A stretch of DNA of 62,667 nucleotides from Vicugna vicugna (Eukaryota), in the NCBI GenBank assembly GCA_013265495.1, contig MU058531.1, forward strand, positions 1,170,678-1,233,344. Direction: 5' to 3'. A program made the position numbers and the translations under genes. Below the pieces are notes generated by a model, which saw only the letters and a list, made by a program, of their open reading frames with translations, searched no databases and was not told the DNA's origin. How positions within the stretch are numbered: the stretch's first letter is position 1; every line of letters begins with the position of its first letter. Positions 36,721 through 49,249 of the stretch are shown here, piece after piece.

Positions 36721-38519
36721 GAATCGCTGGAGTACAACTATTCCTGGGAAAGATACCACAGTAAAACCTCCTCGTGGATGGCTGTCTTTGTGTGACCAGC
36801 TGTATCCAATCCCATCCTAAGAATGTTTCCACTGGGGAGATGGAGACGTTATCATGGCCTCAGGCAGCCCTCTCTTCAAAATTTGACAAGGACAATTCAC
36901 AGCCTTTTCTCAATCTTGATATCAAGTGCTCTGCAAAGGCAGTTTCAAGTCCCCCCTTCTTCCAACCAGTTGGGTAACCTTAAATCCTTTCTAAATAGAT
37001 ATTCTGGAGCTGTCTTTGGCCCTGGCCTTTAGGACAGGCAGGGTTTTCAACCCAGAGAGGATGCAAGAAAACCACCACCATCTGCAAGCTTGGAATACTC
37101 CCCAGGGACTGAGCGCCCCAGGACTGCACGGGGTCGTTATCTCACCAGCGAGGGAGCTAGCAGGGCTGCAAGATAGGACCAGCCCCAAGGAGGGAGAGAC
37201 GTCAGCACCCACTCTAGGAAGGCCTGGCCTCCACAGGAAATTGTTATCTTACCTCCCTCGGGGAACAAAGAACAAGCCTTGTTTGATGCGGACATCAAAA
37301 AACGAGTGGCCTTAGGGCCACATCTGGTGTACTTTCCTCTGGTCTTCCAGCGCCGTTGTTGTTGTTTGTAAAGGAACCAACATTCAGATATTACAAGAGT
37401 TTGTGGAACAGTCCAGACTTCCGGGCTCTCCTATCAAATCAGAAGCTCTGGCTTCAATTGCCCCTCATTCCTGCAGGGACCAGAGTGCAGTGGCCACTCC
37501 ATTCACAAGGGACAAGTCAGCTTCTATCTACCGCTGTCCCCGGCCTCCCCCCCTTTTTCTCCTCAACACAGAGCCAAGTGTTTTGTTTTCTAACAAAAGT
37601 AGAAGAAATATTTATCTGTGGTGCACTGAGAAAGCTTGAACTTTTAGACAAGTAGGGAAGGTCATACAGTGTATTTCCTCTGACACCAGCCAGCTTCATT
37701 CACTTCATTCATTTAATACACATGACTGAGTTTGTGACCCCTGACTGAAATGTTTTCAGGGCCTCAGCCTCCTGCCCTCCCGGTCCAGTTCATCCATTCT
37801 GCCTGCAGCATCCCCTCCCTTCCTCCAGGTGAGCCTTGCTCCCCTCAAGATACTGTGAGAAAGATGTTCCTGGGAAGCTGGGGAACTCCAGATCTCTCCA
37901 AACTTCAAGGAAGAAGCCACAGACAGAAATGCTGGGCACAGCAGGGAGGACTTTGGCAGAGATGCTCCTGTCAAAAAGGAGATTATTTTGTTTCAGGTAC
38001 CTCTTCCTTCTTCCCCTTCCCTAACTGGTTAACACACCCCCCTACCCAGTCTAGACCAAGCGTCACTGTTCAGAGTACCAAGACATGAAACTAGAGTCTG
38101 CTCATGAATTACTCTGGGTGGGGAAGGATGATAATCGACCCAGGGGCTCTGCAGAGGCTCATGGTGGGAAAGGTGCAGTTCCCTCTGGTAATCCTCCACA
38201 CCCAAGCGTCCTGTAGGACAGGGTGTGGAGGTGCAGAGCTCCCTGGCCGGGAATATTTTATCACTGATATGGTTTAGAATGGCCAGCACATTTTAGTCTT
38301 CGCTAATTGGGTGTCAGCAACAGTGCTTTTTATTCCGTTGTATTATTGCATATAAATCCTCTACAGAAAGGGCGCCCTCTTATTGCCTGCACCCATCCCC
38401 CCTTGAAGTACCGTTGCTCCCATCCCGCCCTTGAAGCTCCACGGCCCTCTGAGACCCACACAGAATGAGCCTATTCAACCAGGCCTTGCTGATTTGCCTG
38501 TCTTATCTGATCCCAGCCG

Positions 38520-38660
38520 GTGAGGTCCTTCATCACACTCATTTTTCTGATGAGGAACTGAGGCTTAGGGAGACTAAGCTTCTGCTGTGACTCTTCCCAA
38601 GTCACAACCGAGAAGTGGTGAGGGACGGATGAATCCACGTTCGCAGGGCTTCAAGCGCGT
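38520..38660 (-). mobile_element. MIR SINE
   Basis: ctgatgaggaactgaggcttagggag...cccaagtcacaacc. Confidence 0.7.
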
Positions 38661-39779
38661 GTGCTGCACTGACCCACCCACTCACCCACTCCGTTTCTTT
38701 CCAGCCAGGCTCTCAGTCTTGCCCACTTCTGACCTGCCACCTGCAGTTTCTGTCTCAGCCTCGGCTCGCCCACTGAACAGAGCGCCAAGGCACCTCTTAT
38801 CAGACTCAGACCTTTGCTTTTCTTCTCCACCAAGTTTAGGATTCCCCCTCTTTTCCATGGTGCCACTAGATTTTCCCAGGAAGAACCCCCGACCCGATCC
38901 AACCTGGCCAGGTGGGTTTGCCTGTCTTCTATGAATAGGATTTGAATGGCATGGAAATGTGCATGTGCTTGGGGATGGGGCAGTCCTATTGGGCCAGAGC
39001 AAGTAAGCAGAGATACAGGGAGAAACCTGGGAGTAACAGACCTGCCTGGCCGGCCCCTGCACACTTTGTAAACATTGCCTCCATGCAGATTTCCTGCTTG
39101 CAAGACCATTCCTTGTTGGCCTCTCCTTTTCCTGCCTTATGCTCTTCAGGAAAAATTCCTTTGTTTTGCTTCCTGAACACACTGTCAGTGCTCACTTCAG
39201 CAGTGCAGTTTCCCCATTAGCAGGATAATAACGAGGCACTCCCCCTTGGCCCTTCACTGGGTTGCCTCTCTCATCTCTCAGACCCAAGACCTTAGGAGCC
39301 AGGCCTGGGCACCTGCCATCTCTATGCTGCGGTGCAGGCAGGATGGCCTCTAGGGTACCAGGAACCACAATGTTCTAACGTGAAAGAAGGAACAGGGATA
39401 AAGGTATATTTAAATGAGCAATGCCATTTAAGTACTACAAAATAGTTTTAGAAATGGATTTTAATTTCATAAGTAATGCATATTCATTGAAAAAAAATTA
39501 GATCTACTTATGCAAAAAGATGAACTCTCACCACATACAGGGACCATTGATAATCTCTGGTGGCATATTCGCCAAGACTTTTCCCATTAATATGATTGTG
39601 TTATGTTATATATGTGTTTTTAATAACAAGCATTAGAAGAACAGGCACTTTTATAACCTGCCTTTCTAAGGAATTAATTTTTATGCCTTTGGTATAGTTC
39701 AGTCATTTTCTAGAGATACAGGTTTTCCTATATTGCACTCTCTAACTTTTTGTAATTTAATGCATCATTTACCAAACAA

Positions 39780-40060
39780 CTGACTATCGCTGGGCCAGGA
39801 ACAAAAAGAATTTCTTAACATTATGTTTGTCAACCTGTTTTGTTCTGGGAGCTGTATGCATCATCTCGTTTAATCCTTCCTTTAAGTTAATTTATCACTC
39901 TCATTGTAGAAATTAAAAAAAAAAAAAACCCTAACCAATCCAAACAAACAAAAAACCCTGTGGGCTTAGAGAGGTTAATTAACCCTCCCAAGGTCACACA
40001 GCTGGGAATTGGCAGATCCACTCATGTCTCTCTGGCGTCAAAATCAAGCTCTTTCCAAAT
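39780..40060 (-). mobile_element. MIR SINE with an A-rich interruption
   Basis: catctcgtttaatcct...gcttagagaggttaattaaccctcccaaggtcacacagct. Confidence 0.7.
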
Positions 40061-40141
40061 TACTGATCTGTCAATGAACTAGACCTTGACTTGGTGCAGG
40101 CAGGAGACGTGGTTAGCAGTACCGATCATGTGATGTAGATA

Positions 40142-40281
40142 GAGTGGATTTCTAGTCAAGATGGCGGAATAGTAGGACTACGAGCTCACCTCTGACGAAC
40201 ACAACAAAACCGCAACAGACTGCTGAACAACCATCAAAAGCCTATCAAAAAAGATCTCCCTCAACTGGAGACATAAAGAGG
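40142..40281 (+). mobile_element. Isolated L1 5'UTR start (~140 bp) flanked by an 18-bp direct repeat, no polyA
   Basis: ggatttctagtcaagatggcggaatagtaggac aligns with the L1 start at 61581 (gggacttccgggcaagatggcggagtagaaggac). Repeats gatcatgtgatgtagata (40124-40141) / gatcatgtgatgtaaata (40282-40299). Confidence 0.8.
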
Positions 40282-41429
40282 GATCATGTGATGTAAATAT
40301 GATGTGAAAGAAAGCACCCACTGTTACCCTGGGGCCCATCACCTGCATTTAGTGTGAATGCCTCTGATGGAGACATACCCGGAGGGTCAACTTCAGTCTC
40401 AACTGATGAGCCTTCTCTCAATTATGCCACAGAAACTGAGGCAGCTGAGCAGGCTGATTAAAAGGGAAAACCAGCTTTGCCCTCTGAGTATATAGAAAAG
40501 CAGGCAGATATTGTCATCAAGCGGGATTCTACTGGCTGGAGCTAACTGGCAACTATGCCCACCCTAAGCTGGGTTCCAGGGAATCGGGTGAGCGCACTCA
40601 GGCTCTGTTAAGTTCAGCTTCTCCTTGGGAAAAGGGTCCCTTCTGCTTGTAAAAATTCAGGATAAAACAGGCAAATTTCCCAGTGGTCACTCCTGGACAT
40701 TGGCTGACCACATTCTGAAAGAGCAGAACAAACAGTTACTCCATATTAACGATCTTTTTTCTTCAGGGGATGAAACCCAAGAATGCATGTGCCCACTTGC
40801 AGGTTTTGGTATTTCTGCTATAAAGTTTGAAGGATTAGCACTCTATAACTTTACTCTTTGCTTGTATGGGGAGTAATTATTTGCTAGAACAACAGTCATT
40901 TGATTCCTTCAGTGCTACAGTAATAACTCTAAACTATTTTAATGTCTTTGAAGAGAATTAATTAGCTCTTCTGTTGATACTTCTAAAGCGCTTTAATGCA
41001 GGTCTGGTTTTTTTACTCAGCCTTTAAAAGAACTTCCATGGCAGCCACTTAACAGATAACAGACTTTTCAGGAAATGCCCAATGCTTTGTAGCATCTGAA
41101 AGGAATCATGTTTGATAGAAATTTATGCAAATTAAGAAATATAATTACTCATTGATAAAAGGGTACTATTGATGAAAATTTCTTTAAAAATTAAAGGTGT
41201 GTCTTATAATTGATTTTTTTTCTTCATCGGAAAATAATGTCCTGGCCAATTGCTTTAATTATAAGGAAAGTTTAAAGTATAGGGCAGTACTGGGTGCCAG
41301 GAAAATCAGAAATGATTTAAAAATCTCCAAGGTAAAATTCGTTATTTCTCCTAGTGTACATTCCTATGTTTGACAGACATTTTCATTTCAATTCTTCTTA
41401 GTTTCTCTTTAAGGCAGATATATTGAAAG

Positions 41430-41655
41430 CCAGTGAGCACCTGCTGGATGCCAGGTTAATTTGGCAATTATTATTTTAAATAATCCTCAAAACCAATTCT
41501 ATATAACAGATTGTAGTAAAGTAGCCAAATATCCCCATTTTCCAGATGATAAAATTAAAGTTTGGGAAAATCAATTGACAATGGTTCAAGTCACACCATA
41601 CTAATAGCCAGAATCAGAATTTGAACCTAGGTTATCAGCTTCCAGTGCCCAGTAA
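41430..41655 (-). mobile_element. MIR SINE
   Basis: tgagcacctgctggatgccagg...tatccccattttccagatgataaaatt...agaatttgaacctagg. Confidence 0.7.
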
Positions 41656-41803
41656 GCCACATGCTTTGCTGTGTGCTGTGGGGCTGCTGTGGACACACTT
41701 GTCCCCTCTCTTGTCCTTGTCCCGAGGCCAGGCTCAAGGGCCACTTCCCAGACCTACTGATTAGGACCGTTGGCTTGGACCCCAGGCAGCATCTGCATTT
41801 TTA

Positions 41804-41984
41804 CTCTTCTTCTTTCATTTTTTTAAGGGACTGAGATGATCCATTTACTTGTTTACTTATTTGTTTAGGAGGGGAGAGAGAATTGGGTTTATTTATTTAC
41901 CTATCTTTATTTTGATGGAGGTACTAGGGATTGAACCCAGGACCTTGTTCATGCTAAGCATGCACTGAGCTATAGCCTCCCCCG
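41804..41984 (-). mobile_element. tRNA-Ala-derived SINE (camelid Vic-1 type), inserted in a MER5-like remnant
   Basis: Reverse complement ggggaggctatagctcagtgcatgcttagcatgaacaaggtcctgggttcaatcc. Perfect 16-bp TSD agcatctgcattttta at 41788-41803 and 41985-42000. Confidence 0.9.
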
Positions 41985-42654
41985 AGCATCTGCATTTTTA
42001 AAGCTTTCCAAGTCAGTATTCAGGGAGGAAGAGTTGTGAAACCTGCTTAAAATCTATGAATCCAATTCCTTTGGCCTCTGCTCATAAATCTCATTTTCTG
42101 CAAACCGTCTTCATCTTGTCGTGGCTTCCTTTGGGACTTATCCGTCATAATTAACGTGGAGTAGCCCTGTAAGAGACGGCCAGCTCCAGGAGACAGAATG
42201 ACAGAATTTGTGGCCTCTTTCCTTCCTGCCAAACCTTCTCAACATCTTCTCACTCATTTGGCATTTAGGTAAAAGAAGTTCAGTGAATTCTTTCAAAAGC
42301 TAAGAGAGGTCGTAGGTGTAGGTGTGGAGGTAAAACACATCTGTGTATTTGAAAGAACATGAAAAGTCAACAGACCTTTCTTCAAATCCTTGTGGTGTGA
42401 TTTTGGCTAAGTTATTCACTCTCTCAGAATCTATAAAATAGGGATAATCATAGGTACCTCTCAGAGCTATTGGGCATCATGTGTGGGTCTTAGATAAAAC
42501 TCAGAAAACCCTTCTTCTTCCTAACCAGAGTGCTACTCTGCCTAGCCAGAGTGCCACACTCAAAAGAAATAAAAATCAGTTCCACAATATCTTGAAAAGC
42601 AATGCATGTCTGCGTGGAGGTGTCTTTAAAGATAAGCAAGACTCACAAATGGCA

Positions 42655-42820
42655 GTACGTGTATGAGGAGTCATGGACTTGAGGGCCGAACTGCCTAAGT
42701 TCAAACTGTGACTGCGTCACTTCTTGGTTGTGTGTCCTTGGGCAGGTTTCCAGGTCATTTCTATGCCTCGGTCTCTCCATCTGTGAAATGAAGGTAATAA
42801 TAGAATTTACCTCCCAGGAC
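42655..42820 (+). mobile_element. MIR SINE
   Basis: tgtgtccttgggcagg...gcctcggtctctccatctgtgaaatgaaggtaataatag. Confidence 0.8.
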
Positions 42821-42857
42821 TAGAAACTACAAGAAGTAGAACAACTGAAGCAGAAGG

Positions 42858-43055
42858 GATCTTTTCGAGGCCTGCTGCCTTGTTTCTTGGAAATCTATCT
42901 TGATTGTAGGTCCACTAGACACGGCTGGCAGAATTGAGATGCAGGGCCCATGTCTGTCCCCTTTGTCCTTTCTACCATCCTGTCCATCCACTCCCAATGG
43001 TCTTGAACCTCTGGGGGCTCAGTTTCTCCCTCAGCCAAGGCCCAAAGTCTCAGGA
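42858..43055 (+). repeat. Left arm of a diverged inverted repeat
   Basis: Collinear reverse-complement alignment to 43934-44150, including exact ccaatggtcttgaacctct (42994-43012 vs 43977-43995) and gccttgtttcttg (42877-42889 vs 44118-44130). Confidence 0.92.
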
Positions 43056-43689
43056 TTAAACTTAAAGAACAGCACCCAGGATGTAGTTTAGAAAGTGTCC
43101 ATCATGGTAGCTTATATGCAGCATGTGATGCTGAGCAAAGCGTCCTTAAAACCTTTGACCCAGGTGAGTCAGGTCCCACATTGGGTGGCAGCTGCCCTAG
43201 TCTCTGATCTCTTCTTCTCCTTAACCCTGCTGCTTCCCTGGCTAATGCCTCCTGCCTCTCAGACATCCTTCCCCTTCCTCGGTCCCCATAGACTCCGCTT
43301 TTGCCTGGGTCATGAGATGTACCCATTTCTCTGCTTCTCTTATTCCTTTAACCTAGCGTCCCCAGGCTTTGCTCCTATCAGCCTAACAGATGTTGTCAAG
43401 GGCCTGGGGAGGCAGAAGGTGGCGGGATATTTCTGTCATGTACACACATAATGTATTTATGATGCTTGGTGCCTGGTGGACACTCAATAAATGTGTCCTC
43501 ACTTTAATATCAATTACATAACAATGAGGGCATAACCACCAATTTCAGAGGTTTACGGAAAGCCTCATACCACCAGCTCCTTCTTATTCAGGGTGTGTTA
43601 AGACCCTCACCTGATGACGTTAGTTCTGGACACCAGGAACAAGCTGCTCGTGGGCTTAGGGCACATGAGGCCTGAGGATCTAGGGTTTG

Positions 43690-43883
43690 TGCCAGCCAGC
43701 ATGGTAGCCACTAACCACATGAGCCTATTTCCATGTAAATTAATGCAACTTACATAAAATTAAAAATTCACATCAGCCACATTTCAAGTACTCAGTTGCC
43801 AGATACGACTAGTGGCTATGACAGGGGACAGCACAGCCATGGAACACTTCCAACACAGCAGGAAATTTGATTGGGCAGCACTG
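43690..43883. mobile_element. MER3 hAT-Charlie DNA transposon
   Basis: atggtagccactaaccacatg...agccacatttcaagtactcag...attgggcagcactg. Confidence 0.82.
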
Positions 43884-43933
43884 GTCTCTAGGAGATAAAG
43901 TAGAGCATGACTCAGGGACCTCCTCCCAGCCCT

Positions 43934-44150
43934 TCCTGAGCCTCGAGGCCTTGGATATAGAAGAAGCCAAACCCCTAGAGGTTCAAGACCATTGGACGTG
44001 GATGCTGGGGCAGAGGCAGGGGGGTAGTCAGCACGGTAGGAAGGACAAAAGGGACAGACACAGGCCCGGTATCTAAATTCTGCCAGCTCTAGGCTGCTTA
44101 AGATCAAGACAGGTCTTCAAGAAACAAGGCGGCACGCTTTGAAAAGACTC
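43934..44150 (-). repeat. Right arm of a diverged inverted repeat
   Basis: Reverse complement of 42858-43055; the ORF track shows the same peptide NGLEPLG on + (42900) and - (43784). Confidence 0.92.
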
Positions 44151-45529
44151 ATTGGACCTCAGCCAGAGGTACATCTGCAACTACCTCTTATAACTGAACT
44201 GCTTGGGAAAGGAACTCTGAGGTTATTTCTTGCCTCTTACAGTGAAGGGGAAGTTGGGAGCAATCATCAGGACATTGCAAAGAGAAGAGTGTCTGAAATG
44301 AGTTATCCACAAGGTTGATGCGAAAGGAAGTTTTCTGCTCTGAATTATCCAGGTTATTGCTTTGGTGCTTAAGTAGACACAGTCCGAGGATATGTTGCCC
44401 ATCCTTGCTGGTGATTTTTCTCCACTGTGACATGAGAACCAAAGGAGGTGGAAATGGTAAAGACAGCAAAAGAAGGTGGGTTGGCGACTGTGGGTCGTGG
44501 GCAGGGGGCTGAGAATGTGGAAGAGGATCTGTTATCAGTTGGTTCTTAGAGGCTGGCAAGGCTGCTGAAACTCTGGTTCTCAAAGATGCTCTTTCCTCCT
44601 GCCTACGGGGCTCTCTGCGGCTGTCTCCAGGTTTCCATGTGCAGAGCGGACAGGGAGCGGGGATTTCCAGCCTTTTTTACAAGGTGGTTTTGTTTTGTTT
44701 TATTGAAGTACAGTCAGTTACAATGTGTCAGTTTCTGAAGATTCTATTCAAGGAGGATCTGCACTCGTGCTTGATGGGCATAGGTGACATCTCAGGGGAC
44801 TTCTAAGTTGTGACAGCAGCTATCCAAGATAGCCACATGTCTGAGGGAGGGTGAGATGGTGCCTCCCATCTCCAGGCAGGACTGGAAGTGTACAAAGCAG
44901 GTCAGCAGCCTCATTGACCCCTGGCAGCTTAGGGAGACTTTTAAGCCTCTGCCTTAGTTTCCCTTTTTTTCCTGCCCCTTTCCCTATACAGGACCACACA
45001 GAGACACATCACATGTTATACAACACAAGAGCCTTCTTTAGGAAAAAAGATAAAAACACTGAACACAAATTAGTTAGAAAAGCTACTGTTTATTTAGACT
45101 TCAGTGTTTTGGGATCGGAAAAATTCGGGGCCTTTTCTCAGACCTCATCAGGCAGTTTAACAGAGATGCTTGGGAAGAAATGCTTCCTGATGGCACGCTG
45201 GCTTTTCCTCTCTGCCTGGAACATTCTGTGGCGCCCTGCCACAGCCAGCACTCATAGGAGCCGAGCAGGTGAGGGGCTCTGAAGCTCCAGATTTATTAGC
45301 TTCACCTTCACACTAAATCCACCTCTGACCATAGGTCACAGGACTGTGGATGGGATGGCAGGGTGACCCCAAGTATCCTAGCCCTTTGTTTTTCTTTTCC
45401 ACATGAGGAAATGACCCTGGAGGAGTAATTTCTTTTCCCCACTATCCCATGGCTTCTAACATTCGGAATGAGAACCAGTCCTCTTTTCCAGCCGACATTC
45501 TGGCTTCTAAACCACTTCATCTGACAGAG

Positions 45530-45745
45530 GGTAACATCATGGAGTGGTCAGAGCCCAAGCTTAGAGTCAGAAGATTCGAGTTACAGATCCTTGTCCTACA
45601 CCTTACTAGCAGTAAGATCTTGGGCAAATCACACAGCTTCTCTAAACCTTAGTTTCTGAGTCTCTTGGGTGCATTATATGCATTAAGTGAAATAAGATAT
45701 TGAAAATGTATAAAACATGGTAGGTGCTTAACAAACATTAATGGC
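45530..45745 (+). mobile_element. MIR SINE
   Basis: agagtcagaaga...cttactagcagtaagatcttgggcaaatcacacagcttctctaaaccttagttt...catggtaggtgcttaacaaa. Confidence 0.75.
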
Positions 45746-46559
45746 TTTACTGTCTCTAATGCCATCTCTTGGACTGCCTTTCTATAGGAGGGTGTGTGTT
45801 TAGAGCGAGAAAATGTGAAATTAAACACCGTAACTAAAATTTCTTAAATTGTTCTTCGCACGTCTAGATGAAAAGGAACCTCACATCCTTATATCATTTT
45901 TGCAACCCAGGTTTCAGGTTCCCAGAGTAAAACATGGCTGTAAAATTAGCTCTAACCATCTAGGAAAATAAAGTAATTTACAATTAATATGCTCTCCATT
46001 CTGCTTATGATATCTTCATGGCTAGTTTAATGCATTTAAAAATATGAATTCAAACCAATATTTAAAATATGGGATATTGATTCTCTTTCCTATTTTACCT
46101 CATGACCAAAGAGATTTCATGCTGTCATATACACATTCAAGCAGAAAGCCATTTTGCCTTTTCCATTTGTTTTCATTACTTTTTTTTCTATATTTGTTCT
46201 TTGACACTGTTTGTATTGAAACCAGGGTTTGCCTTCTTTTCACTTTATCTCTCCATGGCAACAGAGAGATTGCAATACCACACACAAAAATGCAGAGTTA
46301 CAACCTCCCTGCTAGATCAAGCAGAAAACACTGTATACCATGTAGCCAGTAATGGAAACTTGAGCGAGTTAATGAATAAGCCAGATCTTTTTTTTTCAGA
46401 GAGAATATCAATCACAATTCCTTTCTGCAGCTTCTCTTTTCTCCCTGGGAAAGATCCCGTAAATAGGTGTAGAATGAACGTCGGATTGTCTATCACTGTT
46501 TCCTTTTCCAAGTTCTCACCGGTCATCTGATTAATAACATATTTGAGAAACTGTAACTA

Positions 46560-46730
46560 TAATTATTCCAGTTGATTGAATGCTTCTTGTCTACTGGGTA
46601 CCGAATTGAGTGCTTTACGTATGTGTGTCACATACATCATCGCACAGCCCTATGAAGGGGTCATCATCTCCTGTTTGCAGATGAAGAGGGTATGTGACGT
46701 GCTCGCAGTTAGAAAGTGGAGGGACTGAGT
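46560..46730 (-). mobile_element. MIR SINE
   Basis: ttgaatgcttctt...agtgctttacgtat...cacagccctatgaag...tttgcagatgaaga. Confidence 0.65.
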
Positions 46731-47339
46731 TTGCTTCTTTAAAGTCTATCAGATGCTAGCGCTTGCATTGTTAACCTCTCTGCCAGCGTGCTTGCCCAGA
46801 ATTTTGCTGGGAGATCAATGTCAATTCTGTAGATATATTATTTCCATGCGCTGCTGCCCCCACTTCTATTTTAAAAAGGGGTACATGTATTCACCTCTGA
46901 TGTGTTCCCCATCCTTCCTCAGAGGTTTCCAACAGAGCTCCCCTTTACAACCCCAATCTCCTTCAGCACTGAGGATTTGTTCGATTCAGACACCTCAACT
47001 CATCTGAAAATAACCGTGTGCCCTCTTTCGTTACAATGTTTGCTACTGTCCTTTCAGTGTCAACTCCAAGTTCTTTGCAGATTATTCTCTTTGATGATTC
47101 ACTCTCCTTAGGGATTCTTTTGAGGTATTGATTGACATGAGCACATGCTTTGCGCTCATGGGGTTGAATCCTGTGTGTCTTTAGTAAGGTTCTTCAGCAT
47201 CACGAACCTCAGTTTTCCTCTTCTGTAAAATGGGAATTAGTAATATGGTATAAACCTGCTGGTAGTCTTCAGTGCTCAACAAATGTTACCCCCTTCTTTT
47301 TCCATCTTAGGACAGAAATCAGCAGTTTGGTCATCCTTC

Positions 47340-47650
47340 AGTTTCATCTTATGTATCATCTAAATGGAAGATGTCACCTCACCACTTACTCTAAGTAAAA
47401 ACCCCTCCCCTTGTTATTCTCTGTCACCCCTCACAATTTTTCTTCTTGATAGTGCTTAGCTACAGCTTGTCTTTTTGAGTTCCTTACAATCTTTCTCTAT
47501 TCCTAGACCAAAGTCCATCAGAATGGAAAACAAAATCTGTTTTATTCACCACCTAGTACAGTGACTTGCACATAGTGTTTACCCAATAAATACTTGTTGA
47601 ATGGATTTAAAAGTGAATGAATGAATCAACGAATCAATGAATCAATGAAT
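47340..47650 (+). mobile_element. L2 3' end
   Basis: cacctagtacagtgacttgcacatagt...caataaatacttgttgaatgga...(tgaa/tcaa)n tail. Confidence 0.75.
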
Positions 47651-48036
47651 ATTCCTGCCTCTCCACCAGTTCCTTGTCAAAGTCAGCACAGCCCCACCAT
47701 GCTTTTCAAACACCAACCTCAGAACTCGGGTGCCATGTTTGTGCTTCCTCCAGTACTTACTCCGAAGTCCTATTGATTTTTCTCTCTGCCACCTCATTGA
47801 GACCTGCTCTTTCTTTTCTGGTCTGTAGCCTCTATCAAGTCAAAAATGTGTTTTACATCACCCCTAAATTATTGCAGCAGCCTGTTGAACATCTTTCTTT
47901 AAGATTTCTATTCCACCCAGTTCTCCTGCTGAAACATTTGGGACTCTTCTGTTTAGGAACTTACTGCAGCTTTATGTCTCTTCCTGTCCTTGAAGAGGTT
48001 CCAGATCCTTTCTCAAGCATCCCATATTCTCATTTT

Positions 48037-48165
48037 CTTTTTGGGGAGTAGGGAGTAAGGAGGTAATTAGGTTTATTTACTTATTTTTAGAGGAGGTACT
48101 GGGGATTGAACCCAAGACCTCGTGCATGCTAAGCATGTGCTCTGCCACTGAGCTATACCCTCTAC
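48037..48165 (-). mobile_element. tRNA-Ala-derived SINE (camelid Vic-1 type)
   Basis: Reverse complement gagggtatagctcagtggcagagcacatgcttagcatgcacgaggtcttgggttcaatccccagtacctcc with A and B boxes and an A-rich tail. Confidence 0.9.
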
Positions 48166-48649
48166 CTCATTCTTCTTAAGATCAGACCTAGACTAGCAAA
48201 GCTATAGGTATCTAACATAGGGCTTGCTCATTTCAGCCTCTAAACTCCAACTCTTTCGACTGAAATTTCCTCTCCACTCCTTTCCATCAAAACTTATCCT
48301 TTCCTTGTAAATGCCTAGTTTGAAGTTGACTTCAGTGAATAGAGACGTAGCTTCTCTTTCAGCTCTATCATTAACTTGTTTGGGAGCTTGGATAAGCCTC
48401 TTAAATTTTTATCTTTTTAGGTAATTAACCAGAAATACTTACACAGAAATACTCCCCCAAAGATTGGCTATCCTGGGCTTCATGGAGCCTGTGTTGATGA
48501 AGGCTTCCCATTGGCTTGGTGCCCAGGAGGCCTTACACCTTGGAGCAAGACACCAAAGGAAGACTTTAAGTGGACAAAGACCATGTCATTTGTAAAGTAG
48601 GAAAATGAGTCACTTCTCAGGGAGAGCCAATTTAATAAAAAGATCAAGT

Positions 48650-48650
<1 letters not shown>

Positions 48651-48697
<47 letters not shown>
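48651..48697. repeat. (AAT)n microsatellite
   Basis: Perfect trinucleotide run of about 15 units. Confidence 0.97.
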
Positions 48698-48698
<1 letters not shown>

Positions 48699-48889
48699 AG
48701 AAGTTAGGGATCTGAAAATAGACCCCCTTCAAATATTCATACTTAAGTACCCCTTGAAAAATCTTCCCATTGCCCTAGAAATACAAATGCTCCAGATTAA
48801 AGATCACTGGGACTAGAGGACACTTGAAGTCTTTTCTGATGGTAAGGTTCCATTTGCATAATCTGTATTTAAGCATCTCTCTGGGCATC

Positions 48890-49130
48890 CTATAAGGTGC
48901 AGATCCTGGAGCCAGTTGACTGACATTCAGATCTCAGTGTATTTTACCGCTAACCACCTATGTGATCTTGGCCATGTTACGCATCCATAGCTTGACTAGA
49001 TGAAAATAATAACAGTACCTCTCATAGAGATGTTGTCAAGAATAACTGAGTTAGTGCAAGTAAAGCACTTATAACAGTATCTGGCACATATATCAAGTGT
49101 TTAACAAATATTAAGTTCTCTTACTACTAT
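48890..49130 (+). mobile_element. MIR SINE
   Basis: tatgtgatcttggcc...aataataacagtacctctcatagaga...gtaaagcacttataacagtatctggcacata. Confidence 0.75.
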
Positions 49131-49249
49131 AATGAGGGAGATGGCCTAGCAAGAATTTGAGAAGTCAGTCATATCTGTTGGGTGGAGGAAGTTTCTGCAC
49201 ACAGGTGATAATAAAAACTGTGTGCAATGATGTTTCTAAGAAAAATATT

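Noticed and set aside
38587..39220. Cluster of 115-166 aa ORFs on both strands
   Set aside because: No homology recognised, they overlap a MIR, and they are expected by chance in moderately GC-rich DNA.
48085..48165. tRNA-Ala gene (also 41915-41984 and 56737-56810)
   Set aside because: Acceptor stem disrupted, A-rich SINE tails present, and a TSD flanks at least one copy; these are SINEs.
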